DNA of 64,000 nucleotides from an uncultured Candidatus Saccharibacteria bacterium (GTDB lineage Bacteria > Patescibacteriota > Saccharimonadia > Saccharimonadales > Saccharimonadaceae): the NCBI GenBank assembly GCA_947304395.1, contig CAMZBA010000002.1, positions 48,593 to 112,592 of the forward strand. The letters run 5' to 3'. Shown one piece after another: positions 1 to 9,992 of this stretch; position 1 is the stretch's first letter, and every line of letters starts with the position of its first letter. The notes beneath the pieces are model-generated. The model saw nothing but the letters and a program-made list of their open reading frames with translations, did not search any database and was not told the origin of the DNA. The position numbers and the translations under genes were made by a program.

Positions 1-289
1 TAATAAATAAATTACTATGGTTTATTACATCTTGAACTAAATAAACTAATGGTTGACTAATTAAAAAGAAGATAAAACATTTTAACGCTGAATCTTTTGC
101 AGATTTGCTATTCGTAATAATAAATATTCCAAAAAAGATCCATACTTCAAAGGTAACAGTTAAATCACTAAATGAAGTATCTTTTGCTATAGGTAACATA
201 GCCATTATGGCAGTATAAATTCCTGCAATAATAGCAATAATAATTAACTTTGGCCAAGTTAAATTAATCCCACCAAATATCTTTTTCAT
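1..289 (-). CDS. membrane protein, N-terminal part only (gene runs off the left edge)
   Basis: A minus-strand ATG at 289-287 opens a frame that stays open to position 1 (MKKIFGGINLTWPKLIIIAIIAGIYTAIMAMLPIAK...). The product is hydrophobic. It is absent from the ORF track because the window truncates it. Confidence 0.45.
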   Translation of the reverse strand, partial: MKKIFGGINLTWPKLIIIAIIAGIYTAIMAMLPIAKDTSFSDLTVTFEVWIFFGIFIITNSKSAKDSALKCFIFFLISQPLVYLVQDVINHSNLFI

Positions 290-430
290 AATATCTCACT
301 CTTTCTTAAAAAAATCATACCATAAAAAAGGGAGTTAACAGCGAGCGTATTCATGAAAGTCTAGATGTCCTATCTCCGGACGAATTTGAGCAAAAGGCTG
401 TTCCGGCAAAAGTCCAGTTTAACAGGGGGC

Positions 431-464
431 ACACAAAAAACGAGGAGTCCGAAACTCTTCGTTT
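431..464 (-). terminator. rho-independent terminator downstream of tRNA-Ala
   Basis: 12-bp stem (aaaacgaggagt / actcttcgtttt, one G:T pair) with loop ccga. On the minus strand it is followed by a T-run. Confidence 0.6.
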
Positions 465-483
465 TAGAAAATCTCACATCACT

Positions 484-559
484 TGGTGGAGCACAGGAGA
501 TTCGAACTCCTCACCTCTTCCATGCCATGGAAGCGCTCTACCAAATGAGCTAGTGCCCC
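484..559 (-). tRNA. tRNA-Ala (anticodon GGC)
   Basis: The reverse complement folds as a 76-nt cloverleaf: GGGGCAC acceptor with the G3:U70 Ala identity pair, GCTC/GAGC D stem, anticodon loop ATGGCAT, GGAG-TTCGAAT-CTCC T arm, encoded CCA. Confidence 0.93.
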
Positions 560-621
560 AGATTTTTACAACATAATTATACACCATCAGCGCCAAAAAA
601 CCAATGTGTTAATATATACCT

Positions 622-2193
622 ATGAGGAGAGGTATATTCAAGAAGTCAAGAAATTGGCTCAAAGCATTTGTTCGCAGCGATAGCTTTAAGTATTTCTTAT
701 GTTTTCTAGCGCTGCTTACCGTTGCCTATATGGGTTTCCTTAATCAAACTATCATATCCGACAATATTACCGGCCGCATGGAGCGGTACGACTCCGAAAA
801 CATCATAGAGTTTATGAACGAAGGCGCCACCGCAATCAATGGCCGTTGGGGCAATATTACTTATTACTTGGTGCACAAACCATTATCACTACTCGGCTTT
901 AATTACACGCACAATCAGTGGATCTTTTTTGTCATCGATATTACCGTATTCGCCATTGCGCTCACGGTAACTTACGAAGTTTTTCAGAGGTTAGTCAACC
1001 GCAAAAAAGCAAACCTACCGCTATTTTTCGCGGTCGCCCTAATGGCCGTCAATGCCTTTATGGTTGACGGCGCCTCGTTCCTGATTCCTAGCCACCCGCA
1101 AGCCATGCTATGCACGGCATTAGTTCTATACTTCATCACTTCAAAACGGCGCTACCGTTACTTAATCGCTAGTATTTTCGCATTAGGAGCAATCGTGACC
1201 TACCAGAGTTATTATGCGCCTATTTTAATTCTAGGAACTCTAGCAATCTATATCCAAAATAAAGATAAGCTAAACAAACAATTCGCAGTTAATCTCGCAA
1301 AGCTCTTTGGCATAACTGGCGCCAGCGTCATTATTCAATTACTGTCCACGAAAATTTACTGCAAACTCGCAGGAATAGGCGAGGCGAAATCTACATCATT
1401 CACTTTATCAATTAGTAAAAACTTGCAAAAGCTCTACAAAGCATGGGGAAGCGCCAGCGGTTACCTCGCGCGCGGTTTTGGCATATATCATCTGCAAAAC
1501 ATTTTGATCATAGTACTTGTATTACTACTTGCATTCATAGCTATCGCCATAATTCATCAGCACAGCTACTCCAAGATTCCATTCAATATAATCTTTATTT
1601 GCGCTGCAATTATCATTCCAATCCTATACACAATAGCCGCAGACAATGTCTATTTTGCAGCCCGCATACTCGTGGGGTACTTCACGGTTATTGCCGCGAT
1701 AGCCATCCTTGCAATCTATCAGACTCCAAAAGATTGGAATTTCCCAATATTGACATATGGCCTTGCCATCTTCGTCGCCATAAACGTATTTCATATTGCC
1801 GGCCTAATCACCGATATTCAAATATCAAACCGCGTCGAAATGGCAGAGTTACGCCTAATCCAAAATAGAATCGAAAACTACGAATTGCAATCCGAACAAG
1901 AAATCACAAAAGTCTATGTCTATAATGCCGACTATGGCATACGCGACTTTTCCAAGCTAAACACCAACCACCCAAATAATACTTACTACAGCTCCCATCA
2001 GCTGCTGGCCGCACCTTGGAGCGACGTCAATTCACTAAATCGAGTCATGGGGCGAAACTTCGAACGTGTCCAAATGAGCGAAGCCACATTTAAAGAAAAA
2101 TTTCCAAATCATGAGCAGACAGACATGAAATACTTCGATCCCGACGAAAGGCTCGCCTTCGACAATGGCGTTCTCTACTGGATAGCATATTAA
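622..2193 (+). CDS. polytopic membrane protein, possibly a GtrII/PMT-like glycosyltransferase
   Basis: 523-aa ORF with about a dozen hydrophobic helices and an early loop containing NGRWGN. The resemblance to PF14264/ArnT-type membrane glycosyltransferases is judged by eye only. Confidence 0.5.
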   Translation: MRRGIFKKSRNWLKAFVRSDSFKYFLCFLALLTVAYMGFLNQTIISDNITGRMERYDSENIIEFMNEGATAINGRWGNITYYLVHKPLSLLGFNYTHNQWIFFVIDITVFAIALTVTYEVFQRLVNRKKANLPLFFAVALMAVNAFMVDGASFLIPSHPQAMLCTALVLYFITSKRRYRYLIASIFALGAIVTYQSYYAPILILGTLAIYIQNKDKLNKQFAVNLAKLFGITGASVIIQLLSTKIYCKLAGIGEAKSTSFTLSISKNLQKLYKAWGSASGYLARGFGIYHLQNILIIVLVLLLAFIAIAIIHQHSYSKIPFNIIFICAAIIIPILYTIAADNVYFAARILVGYFTVIAAIAILAIYQTPKDWNFPILTYGLAIFVAINVFHIAGLITDIQISNRVEMAELRLIQNRIENYELQSEQEITKVYVYNADYGIRDFSKLNTNHPNNTYYSSHQLLAAPWSDVNSLNRVMGRNFERVQMSEATFKEKFPNHEQTDMKYFDPDERLAFDNGVLYWIAY

Positions 2194-2198
2194 ACTCA

Positions 2199-2207
2199 TG
2201 TTATAAT
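2199..2207 (+). promoter_or_regulatory. extended -10 element (TGtTATAAT) upstream of trpS
   Basis: tgttataat lies in the 127-nt gap after the previous stop. The same TGtTATAAT string recurs at 9201-9209 and 23831-23839 ahead of other genes. Confidence 0.3.
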
Positions 2208-2320
2208 AAAGACATGTTTTACCTTTCAGCATTTATACCATATTGGCCTTGCGCCTACCGTACTGCTTTAGCTTGATTTTTAATGCATTTTATGATATAA
2301 TGAAAGGACAATATCGCTTT

Positions 2321-3346
2321 ATGGACACAATTCTTACCGGGGTACGAGTAAACGAAGAGCCGACTTTGGGAAATTTTCTTGGCGCCTACGTACCAATGGT
2401 TAACCTTTCGCACGAACATGCAAAAGATAGCCAGATTAATTTCTTCGTGCCAGATCTACATTCTTTCACAACTCCAGTCGAACATTCCAAACTATACGAT
2501 CTAACCATTAAGGGCGTCAAATATTACATTGCTGCGGGCCTAGACGTCGATAACCCAAACGTACACTTCTACCGCCAATCTCGCATTCCTGCCCATGCAC
2601 AACTCTGCTGGATTCTAGATTGCTTTACCCCATTCGGAGAAGCGTCGCGAATGACACAGTTCAAAGAAAAAAGCGCTGAACACCCAGATGCTATCACGGT
2701 GGGACTATTTAATTACCCAATCCTAATGGCCGCCGACATCCTCCTCTACGACGCCAAATATGTACCAGTCGGCGAGGATCAACTTCAGCATCTAGAACTT
2801 GCTCGCAATATCGCCATCCGCATGAATAATAAATTCAATCAGGAGTTATTCACGTTACCAGCGCCAGAGCAAGAACAAATAAAATTCATGCATCTAAAGA
2901 AAGCACTCCGAATTCGCTCTCTCACCGACCCAACTAAAAAAATGTCCAAATCGGCCGAAAATGAAAAGTCAAAGATTCTATTGAGCGACGACCCCAAACA
3001 AGCCGCAAAAAAGATTATGTCTGCCACTACCGATTCCGAAGGTGTAATTCGTTTTAATATGATTAATCAACCTGGTATTAGCAATCTTCTTACTATCGAA
3101 AGCCTCCTCACCAATCGCGATATCCAGGATGTAATATCCGACTGGGCAGGGCAAACCAGCTACGGCGATCTCAAGCGAAAAGTTGCCGATAGTGTTACGC
3201 ATTTTCTATCCGGTTTTCAGGAACGCGTTAACGCAATTACAGACGACGACGTCAAGACTATTCTCGAAAAAGGCGAGTTATACGCAAACGAAATTGCAAA
3301 CAACAAACTATTACAAGTAGAGAAGGCAGTGGGACTCTATAAATAA
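2321..3346 (+). CDS. trpS: tryptophan--tRNA ligase
   Basis: Class I aaRS signatures are present: HIGH-variant TLGNFLGA, GEDQLQHLELARNIA and KMSKS (KKMSKSAE). The track start at 2243 is TTG. ATG 2321 (MDTILTG...) fits the TrpRS N-terminus; ATG 2299 is also possible. Confidence 0.9.
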   Translation: MDTILTGVRVNEEPTLGNFLGAYVPMVNLSHEHAKDSQINFFVPDLHSFTTPVEHSKLYDLTIKGVKYYIAAGLDVDNPNVHFYRQSRIPAHAQLCWILDCFTPFGEASRMTQFKEKSAEHPDAITVGLFNYPILMAADILLYDAKYVPVGEDQLQHLELARNIAIRMNNKFNQELFTLPAPEQEQIKFMHLKKALRIRSLTDPTKKMSKSAENEKSKILLSDDPKQAAKKIMSATTDSEGVIRFNMINQPGISNLLTIESLLTNRDIQDVISDWAGQTSYGDLKRKVADSVTHFLSGFQERVNAITDDDVKTILEKGELYANEIANNKLLQVEKAVGLYK

Positions 3347-3347
3347 C

Positions 3348-3860
3348 ATGCGCAACAATCGCAAACGAATCTCCAGGAAGACAACAAATCAGCATGCCGT
3401 CGCACACTACGGTGCCGATATTTTGTGTTCCAAAGAACACAAGAGATGCGATAAGTTTATCCAACATGGGGACACTACGGTACGTAAGCACACTACCTCG
3501 GTTGCCTGCATGGCGGTCGCAATAGCACGCAAAACGCACCTGAAATTCGACTACCAAGCCATGATACGTGGCGCACTACTGCACGATTATTTTCTCTACG
3601 ACTGGCACGAGCCGCATCATGGCCTGCATGGATATACGCACGCCAGTCTTGCACTAAAGAATGCTGCGCAAGATTTTGCAATTTCACCAATTGAGGCTGA
3701 CGTTATTAAGAAACACATGTGGCCACTGAACATCAAACCACCACGCTACCGCGAGGCTATGATAGTCACAATTGCCGACAAAATCTGCTCCGCAAAAGAA
3801 GTATTCGGCAAGCCCATCTACAACAAAAAAGTAGAGGAAATTCTAAATGAATATAAATAA
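3348..3860 (+). CDS. HD-domain phosphohydrolase
   Basis: Shows the LLHDYFLYDWH motif, downstream His residues and IADKICS, which is the PF01966-type pattern. It starts 2 nt after the trpS stop. Confidence 0.7.
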   Translation: MRNNRKRISRKTTNQHAVAHYGADILCSKEHKRCDKFIQHGDTTVRKHTTSVACMAVAIARKTHLKFDYQAMIRGALLHDYFLYDWHEPHHGLHGYTHASLALKNAAQDFAISPIEADVIKKHMWPLNIKPPRYREAMIVTIADKICSAKEVFGKPIYNKKVEEILNEYK

Positions 3861-4701
3861 TATTCCAGAATATTTTATTTGGTTCATTATTTATTCATTC
3901 CTGGGCTGGGCCTGGGAGACGCTCATCACATCAATTCCGCAACGTCGCTTCGTGAACCGCGGTTTCCTGAACGGCCCATATTGCCCCATCTATGGGGCAG
4001 GGGCTTTGCTGTTCATCTTTTTTACTAACAACATAGAAAGCATAGCCGTCCGCTTCATCCTAGGTGCCGTCATCGCCTGCGCGCTCGAATATCTCACATC
4101 ATGGGTGCTAGAATTGATTTTTCATGCACGCTGGTGGGATTACGCACCCCGCCGTTTCAACCTAAACGGACGCATCTGTTTGGAAGGCTTTTTCGTTTTC
4201 GGCATAGGAGCGGTCGTCGCGCCATATTTCCATCAAATCATCGCAAATATCACAACACAGCTGCCACCTGCAATATTAAACTCTATATTTTCAATCATAC
4301 TCATTGCTTTTATTGTCGACGTCATTATTACCAATCGTGCACTTTCGAAATTCAACCGCATCTTGCGTGAGTATCAAAAAGCCATCGATAAGCGCAGGCT
4401 CGACTTCCTGGAATTCATACGCCATGGCCGCCGCGTATTTGAGATGAGAATCGGCAAAAATAATCGTATCCGCGATGTCCTAAGCTTCCAACAACGCCGC
4501 ATCCTCGACGCATTCCCGCACTTTGATTCAACGTTATACGAAGAAGCGCTCAGTCGCCTGCGTAAGCTCAATTCCGATTCGCGTCGCAACGTAATCATCG
4601 AAAGAAAATCCCAGATACCCGAAAAACAAAAATCTCGCTCCGCCCGCAAAAAAGCACGCCAAAAAGCCACGGAGCGCGCCAGAGCCAAGCGTCGCAATTA
4701 G
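3847..4701 (+). CDS. membrane protein, PF06541-like (putative ABC-transporter type IV family) with basic tail
   Basis: N-terminal IYSFLGWAWE motif and several TM helices. The C-terminal 100 aa is Arg/Lys-rich. It overlaps the upstream gene by 14 nt. Confidence 0.6.
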   Translation: MNINNIPEYFIWFIIYSFLGWAWETLITSIPQRRFVNRGFLNGPYCPIYGAGALLFIFFTNNIESIAVRFILGAVIACALEYLTSWVLELIFHARWWDYAPRRFNLNGRICLEGFFVFGIGAVVAPYFHQIIANITTQLPPAILNSIFSIILIAFIVDVIITNRALSKFNRILREYQKAIDKRRLDFLEFIRHGRRVFEMRIGKNNRIRDVLSFQQRRILDAFPHFDSTLYEEALSRLRKLNSDSRRNVIIERKSQIPEKQKSRSARKKARQKATERARAKRRN

Positions 4702-4734
4702 CCAACATCGCAAAAAGATGTTAAAATATAAGAT

Positions 4735-5628
4735 ATGGGTAAAAAATTCAGCAAGCCAGAATTGTCTCGCAAAATCAACGGCGATATTCCTTTTGACGAT
4801 AAAAATTCTACCTCACAAGATGAGAAATCATTACAAAGACTAGACGTCGCCACGCTAGAACAGTATCCTCGCTATAGCCGATCTACTATTCAAAAATTCA
4901 TCAAAGACGGACACGTAACAGTAAATGGCGACGTACAAGACAAGCCAAACTATCTAATAGACGAAGACGCCCAAATTGAGCTAACCGCTCCAGAGCCTAT
5001 AGAATCTCAAAAACCACCCGTTATCTACGAAGACGAGAATGTCATCGTTTTTAACAAACCGAACGGCATGCTCTCTATCAAAAAGGGCGATTATTCACCA
5101 GAATCAGCTATCGAGGATTGGGGCGAAATCGTTCATCGCCTTGATCGTGATACGTCTGGCGTAATTATAGTAGCCAAGAATTTCGCAACCAAAGCCAAGC
5201 TGCAAAAACAATTTCAAGAACGCAAGACTCACAAGACGTACTATGCAATCGTCGAAGGAATCCCAAAACAGCCACACGCCATCATTAATGTCCCGCTTGC
5301 GCGCAATCTAAAAAAACCAACTACCTTCATGCCAGACGCCAAGGGGCGCGAAGCAATTACGGAATACCGAGTTATTCAGCAAGGACAAAAGCGTGCCCTG
5401 GTAGAGCTAAAACCAAAAACCGGACGCACTCACCAGCTCCGTATTCATATGGCCCATATCGGCACGCCTATACTTGGCGACCCAGTTTATAATCCAAACG
5501 GCGCAAAAGCCGACCGGATGTATCTCCATGCACAATCTCTAGAGATAACTATCCCCGGCAAGGAGCACGGAGAGCGCAAAACCTTTACGGCAGAGCTACC
5601 AGAAGACTTTAAAAATGCAATTAAGTAG
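4735..5628 (+). CDS. rluD: RluA-family 23S rRNA pseudouridine synthase (RluD-like, S4 domain)
   Basis: Motifs HRLDRDTSGVIIVAKN (catalytic Asp), KTYYAIVEG, GRTHQLRIHMAHIG and GDPVY, plus an S4-like N-terminus. Confidence 0.85.
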   Translation: MGKKFSKPELSRKINGDIPFDDKNSTSQDEKSLQRLDVATLEQYPRYSRSTIQKFIKDGHVTVNGDVQDKPNYLIDEDAQIELTAPEPIESQKPPVIYEDENVIVFNKPNGMLSIKKGDYSPESAIEDWGEIVHRLDRDTSGVIIVAKNFATKAKLQKQFQERKTHKTYYAIVEGIPKQPHAIINVPLARNLKKPTTFMPDAKGREAITEYRVIQQGQKRALVELKPKTGRTHQLRIHMAHIGTPILGDPVYNPNGAKADRMYLHAQSLEITIPGKEHGERKTFTAELPEDFKNAIK

Positions 5629-6280
5629 CGATTCCGAAGCGGAAAAAATCAGCCAAAAAACGAACTTTGCGATAATCGAGTTGCCAGAAAGCAGCTTCGA
5701 CCTTATTCTGCCAAAAGCTAGCCACTTTAAGCCGAACGAGAAGGGGATATATTCAAAAGACGATATCGATAATATATCCAGCCTAGTACATAGTAAACAA
5801 ACTGACGAATTAACCTTAGTTCTAGAAAACGCCGAGAAAATGAATGAGTCGGCAGCAAATACATTTCTTAAGACTCTCGAAGAGCCAGGCGACCATGTGC
5901 ATTTTATTTTTCTAGTCAAAAACGCCAGCGAAATCCTGCCAACCATTAAATCACGCGCCCAAAACTACTACTTGCCAAAAATAGATAAGATTAACAATCC
6001 ACCCCAAGTTTCACCAGAAATTCTCGACTTGGCAAAAAAGTACATATCGTGCAAACCTAAAGACCTGCCAAAATTCTGCGATACTATCGCGAAGGACAAG
6101 AAAGACGCACGCGCCAAAGCCCTAGCAGTAGTCGATGCATCCATCCAACTAGTTTACAAATCATACTTCATTACAAGCAACCAACAATTTATCGATAAAC
6201 TAAACAACCTTCTCGAAACATACGATGCCATTCGCTCAAACGGCCATATTAAACTACAGCTGATAGCCGGAATGGTTTAA
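5615..6280 (+). CDS. holB: DNA polymerase III delta-prime-like clamp-loader subunit (short)
   Basis: Clamp-loader motifs FLKTLEEPGDHVHFIFL and LPTIKSRAQNYYL are present and there is no Walker A. It overlaps rluD by 14 nt. Confidence 0.65.
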   Translation: MQLSSDSEAEKISQKTNFAIIELPESSFDLILPKASHFKPNEKGIYSKDDIDNISSLVHSKQTDELTLVLENAEKMNESAANTFLKTLEEPGDHVHFIFLVKNASEILPTIKSRAQNYYLPKIDKINNPPQVSPEILDLAKKYISCKPKDLPKFCDTIAKDKKDARAKALAVVDASIQLVYKSYFITSNQQFIDKLNNLLETYDAIRSNGHIKLQLIAGMV

Positions 6281-6319
6281 AGCCTTTCTTAAATAGTGCT
6301 TGTGTTATAAACTATAAAT

Positions 6320-8077
6320 ATGGGAAAAATCAAAGCGATATTGTTCGCTGTCTTTTTAGCAACGGCTTCAATATTATTTGCCGTCACCAATACTTACGCT
6401 AATGAGGTCTGCGTCGCAGCCGGCGTCAGCGATCCAATCTTATGCGGAAATCACAACTCAAATGAAGAGAGAGAGCTAATAAACCGCACAAGCAACGTGC
6501 TTAGCGTCGTATATACATTCATCGGCATAGCGGCAGTAGTAGTAATTATTATCGGCTCTATAATCCTAATGACATCCAGCGGCTCGCCCGAAAAAGTCCA
6601 AACAGCAAAAAGGGCCATCTTGTACGCCATTCTTGGCCTCGTAGTTACACTTTCGGCATTTGCCGCGACGACATTAACCATAAACGCACTAGAGGGCAAC
6701 ACGCAAACCTCAGCTGCCGACGACGAAAAAATAAGGCAGCGAAACACCGAGCACGCTAAGGTTAGAGCTATTTCAGCCATTAATGAAACGACGATACTTA
6801 TCGACCAAAGCATAACACTTAAGCCAGTAGTAATTCCAGATTATGCAGAAAATAAGAGCCTATCATACAAGACCAGTGACGCCAGTATTGTAACCGTAGA
6901 CGAGAATGGAAAAGTTACCCCGAAAAAAGTTGGCGATGTGACTATAACAATCATATCCGCAGATGGCCCAACAAAAGACGTAAAAGTACACGTCGTTAAA
7001 CCAATTTCCGTCGAAAAAATCAATATCAATCCCACAGCCCTCACCTTGAGCATTGGCAAAACCGCCACAATAAGAGCCGAGGCATTGCCGCGAAACGCCC
7101 TAGATAGGACCATTACTTGGACTAGCAGTAACCCGCAATCCGTCACGGTAACTCAAACCGGAGAAATAAAAGCAGTTGGATCCGGAAAAGCCACAATCAT
7201 TGTCGCCTCAAAGGATAAATCTGTCACAGCTACCGCATTAGTAACCGTACAGGGCGGCGGGGACGGCTCTCTAGAAACCGAACCTGCACCAGTAGGCAAA
7301 AAGGCACCCAAAAACCTAGATTTTAGAGCCGCTACGCGTAAAATTATTAACCAACACAAGAAAGACTTTGACTGGTGTAACTACGAATCAAAAATCAAAG
7401 AACTTGGCGGATACACGGCCTATATCAAGAGTCTTGGCGGAATCTTTGCGGATAACGTAAATAAGAAATTTAAAGTGAAAACCGCCGCAGAGCTACAATA
7501 TGCAGCAGAGTACGTCTGGGGGCTCTGGACAATTTGGGGGCCAGATTATGATAATGGCAATACATATCACAAGTGGGGTCTTGGCGCGGCCGACGGCTTC
7601 CACAATTGCCATGGCGACCGTCATGCCGGCTCTGGCTACTCGCAGGCAGAAATTAATGATTTGTTATCTAAAAAGAAAAAAGTGCGCACAAACTGTAATG
7701 CATCCCAAACAACATTCAATAAAACAACTGACTTATTCCAAATCGACTCTACGAGGTTTAAAGCTCAAACAAAGATGAGTCCAGTCGGCAGAATTACTAA
7801 GACTAACCAACTTCAGGTTGGCGACTGGGTGCACTTCTTTAGGCAGCCAGGCTACGCGAAATGGGGGCACGTTGCTATGGTGGGTGAAGTATACGATGAT
7901 TATGTCATAATTTACGAAGGCGGAGGCCGCTTCGTAAAATCAACTTATTTTAAACACAAGCTCAAACGCTCGGGCGACGGCAAACTTAGCGATAGCTACT
8001 CCCACTATAAATCATGGTTCGGCGTTAGGCCGTTCAAGATTGATCAAAGCGTATATCTAAAAGGCATGAACCCATGA
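6320..8077 (+). CDS. surface protein: signal peptide, VirB2/TrbC-like double-TM hairpin, 2x Big_2, C-terminal NlpC/P60-like papain-fold hydrolase
   Basis: Signal peptide, a Cys pair (CVAAGVSDPILCGN), two TM helices separated by SSGSPEKVQTAKRA, and two Ig-like Big_2 repeats (VTPKKVGDVTITIIS; IKAVGSGKATIIVAS). The C-terminus has candidate Cys (RTNCNASQ) and His (GDWVHFF...WGHVAMVGEV). Confidence 0.65.
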   Translation: MGKIKAILFAVFLATASILFAVTNTYANEVCVAAGVSDPILCGNHNSNEERELINRTSNVLSVVYTFIGIAAVVVIIIGSIILMTSSGSPEKVQTAKRAILYAILGLVVTLSAFAATTLTINALEGNTQTSAADDEKIRQRNTEHAKVRAISAINETTILIDQSITLKPVVIPDYAENKSLSYKTSDASIVTVDENGKVTPKKVGDVTITIISADGPTKDVKVHVVKPISVEKININPTALTLSIGKTATIRAEALPRNALDRTITWTSSNPQSVTVTQTGEIKAVGSGKATIIVASKDKSVTATALVTVQGGGDGSLETEPAPVGKKAPKNLDFRAATRKIINQHKKDFDWCNYESKIKELGGYTAYIKSLGGIFADNVNKKFKVKTAAELQYAAEYVWGLWTIWGPDYDNGNTYHKWGLGAADGFHNCHGDRHAGSGYSQAEINDLLSKKKKVRTNCNASQTTFNKTTDLFQIDSTRFKAQTKMSPVGRITKTNQLQVGDWVHFFRQPGYAKWGHVAMVGEVYDDYVIIYEGGGRFVKSTYFKHKLKRSGDGKLSDSYSHYKSWFGVRPFKIDQSVYLKGMNP

Positions 8078-8598
8078 AAACGAATACAAATAATAAAATT
8101 AATCTAATAACACCAATCATTATCAGTGTCGTCGCGATCGCTGTCGTAATAGTTACTTGCATAATCCTAGTAAACATTAATTCAAAGAATATAGAAGCCG
8201 TGATTCGCGAAGCCATTGACTCGGGAATCCTTGAAAAAGACTATTCACCCCTAATGAAGCTCAGCAAAGAACTAATCGGGCAAAAAGTCTTCCTAGACGA
8301 CGCCGAAGAAAAATTTTCAAACGAAGAAGACTTATTCGACTTCTATGTCTCGGAAAACAACGGCTATATTGCAGATAAAAGTTCGAGCGAAAGAATTACA
8401 TTCGACATTATTATCGAAGAAGCAGACGCGCCACCTACCTTAATTGATTTCGTTTATCACGAAACTATCGGCGACAATGATTCTTTCGTCATGAAAACAA
8501 GCGAAAACACTTTCCAACATTTTAATGGTTACGTTACTAATGAGTTCAATAATCTTGACGAAGCCCTAAGGGATCATCTAATCGTAAGGGAGGATTAG
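8074..8598 (+). CDS. small single-pass membrane protein, family S (C-terminal FQHFNG..EF..LDEA..DH motif)
   Basis: ATGA overlap with the upstream gene. N-terminal TM helix. C-terminus reads IDFVYHE...NTFQHFNGYVTNEFNNLDEALRDHL. Confidence 0.75.
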   Translation: MKTNTNNKINLITPIIISVVAIAVVIVTCIILVNINSKNIEAVIREAIDSGILEKDYSPLMKLSKELIGQKVFLDDAEEKFSNEEDLFDFYVSENNGYIADKSSSERITFDIIIEEADAPPTLIDFVYHETIGDNDSFVMKTSENTFQHFNGYVTNEFNNLDEALRDHLIVRED

Positions 8599-8602
8599 CT
8601 AC

Positions 8603-9196
8603 GTGCAAAATCAAAATCAAATATTAAGCCCCATGCCATCAATCAATCAGATGCCACAAACTCCTAAGCCAGCTCCACAGCAATTCAGCAAAAAATCCAC
8701 CATTATCATCGCTTCAGCTATCATAGTAGCAGCAATCATAATTGCAGCCACAATCGTCATTCTGAATAGCCACAACCAAGAAACACCGCCGGATAGTCAA
8801 ACGCCAGGAGGTGCAGGCGGAACCGCCAAGGAAATAAACGAATTTAACGAGAAAGAAGACGGCACCAAAAATACACAGACACTTATACAATATTCGTCCC
8901 TCCCCAGCACGATCAGTCTTACCGAACTAAAGAGTACAATCGGGAATACTGGAAAAATAGAAATAGTCGATAATTCAGGCGACATCGATTTTGGCGATGA
9001 TGACGAATATATCTCATTCGACATCGATGGCGACCAGGTAAGTAATTTTATATACACTAAAGACCAAGGCGACTACGCACTTTTCATCCAGGAAACCGAT
9101 ACGGGAACATTCGAATATTATAGCGGCATAGGTACATATGCCGTAGAAACGAAGCAAGAGGCAATCTCCCTATATCTCAAGACAAAGCAAGAATAA
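8603..9196 (+). CDS. small single-pass membrane protein, family S (divergent member)
   Basis: GTG start preceded by AGGGAGGA. TM helix at aa 30-55. C-terminus reads EYISFDIDGDQVSNFIYTKD...GTFEYYSGIGTYAVETKQEAISLYL and aligns with the family motif. Confidence 0.7.
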   Translation: MQNQNQILSPMPSINQMPQTPKPAPQQFSKKSTIIIASAIIVAAIIIAATIVILNSHNQETPPDSQTPGGAGGTAKEINEFNEKEDGTKNTQTLIQYSSLPSTISLTELKSTIGNTGKIEIVDNSGDIDFGDDDEYISFDIDGDQVSNFIYTKDQGDYALFIQETDTGTFEYYSGIGTYAVETKQEAISLYLKTKQE

Positions 9197-9254
9197 AGCG
9201 TGTTATAATCATAACAGCATAACGCTTATGTAGAAACTAATACGGGGTCAATCA

Positions 9255-9992
9255 ATGCAAGAGCAAAACTATATACAACTTCAACCAGCCTCAACAGTTA
9301 ACGCCGCCAAACAGAGTAGGCTGAAATTGGTGTTTATTATAGTCTCAATCGTAATTATCATCTTAGCCATAATTGCCACCTGCATTGTGATTTTCAAAGA
9401 GAACAACACTATTTTCGTCACTAACCATGGCTGGACCATCACGAGGGACGAAAGAAGTAATGAAAACATCATCACTTTAGCTCTAGAAGTCGAAAACACT
9501 TCAAAAAACAAATACGCAAGCGACATAACGGTAGCTGCGGAAGTATACGATAACGGCAAGGAAGTCGCAAGCATCGTGGACGCATGTTATATCGAATATT
9601 TAGCCCCAAACGATAAGGCCTACTGCGCGAGCAACATAATTCAAGAGAGCGACTATAATATTACAGATATGGCGTTCACGATCAACGGCAAAACCTTAAA
9701 ATATAGCAATTACAATGCCAACGAGCAAACAAATAGCAACTCATTTGAGGTTACCGATATTGACGACGAGGATAAGGAGAACATATCCTGCACAATCAGA
9801 AATAATAGCAGTGTCACCGTAAACAATCCAATTGCGACTATAGTGTTTTATAAAGACGGGAAGATTATTGGTGGCGCTAGTGGTGAAATAGAGGAAGAAA
9901 CGCTTCCATCAAAAGGAGAAACATCAATCCAATTCTACGGAAACCGCATCCAGGAATACGACGAATACAAAATAGGCGTAACTGGTATATGA
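9255..9992 (+). CDS. single-pass membrane protein with beta-rich (DUF4352-like?) ectodomain
   Basis: N-terminal TM helix followed by two similar beta-strand-rich halves (ALEVENTSKNKYASDITVAAEVYDNGKEV ...). Its stop overlaps the start of the next gene. Confidence 0.6.
   Translation: MQEQNYIQLQPASTVNAAKQSRLKLVFIIVSIVIIILAIIATCIVIFKENNTIFVTNHGWTITRDERSNENIITLALEVENTSKNKYASDITVAAEVYDNGKEVASIVDACYIEYLAPNDKAYCASNIIQESDYNITDMAFTINGKTLKYSNYNANEQTNSNSFEVTDIDDEDKENISCTIRNNSSVTVNNPIATIVFYKDGKIIGGASGEIEEETLPSKGETSIQFYGNRIQEYDEYKIGVTGI

Noticed and set aside
365-553. 62-aa plus-strand ORF in the track
   Set aside because: It lies entirely over the tRNA-Ala gene and its terminator on the opposite strand, so it is a chance ORF.
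2194-2320. Possible T-box leader ahead of trpS
   Set aside because: The gap is only ~125 nt. It is too short for a T-box, and no specifier-loop or T-box consensus is visible.
2345-2400. Unusual HIGH motif (TLGN) in TrpRS
   Set aside because: TrpRS enzymes commonly carry T(I/L)GN in place of HIGH (E. coli has TIGN), so this is not anomalous.
5615-6280. holB-like gene lacking a Walker A motif, as a possible pseudogene
   Set aside because: Delta-prime subunits normally lack a functional P-loop, and the ORF is intact and translationally coupled.
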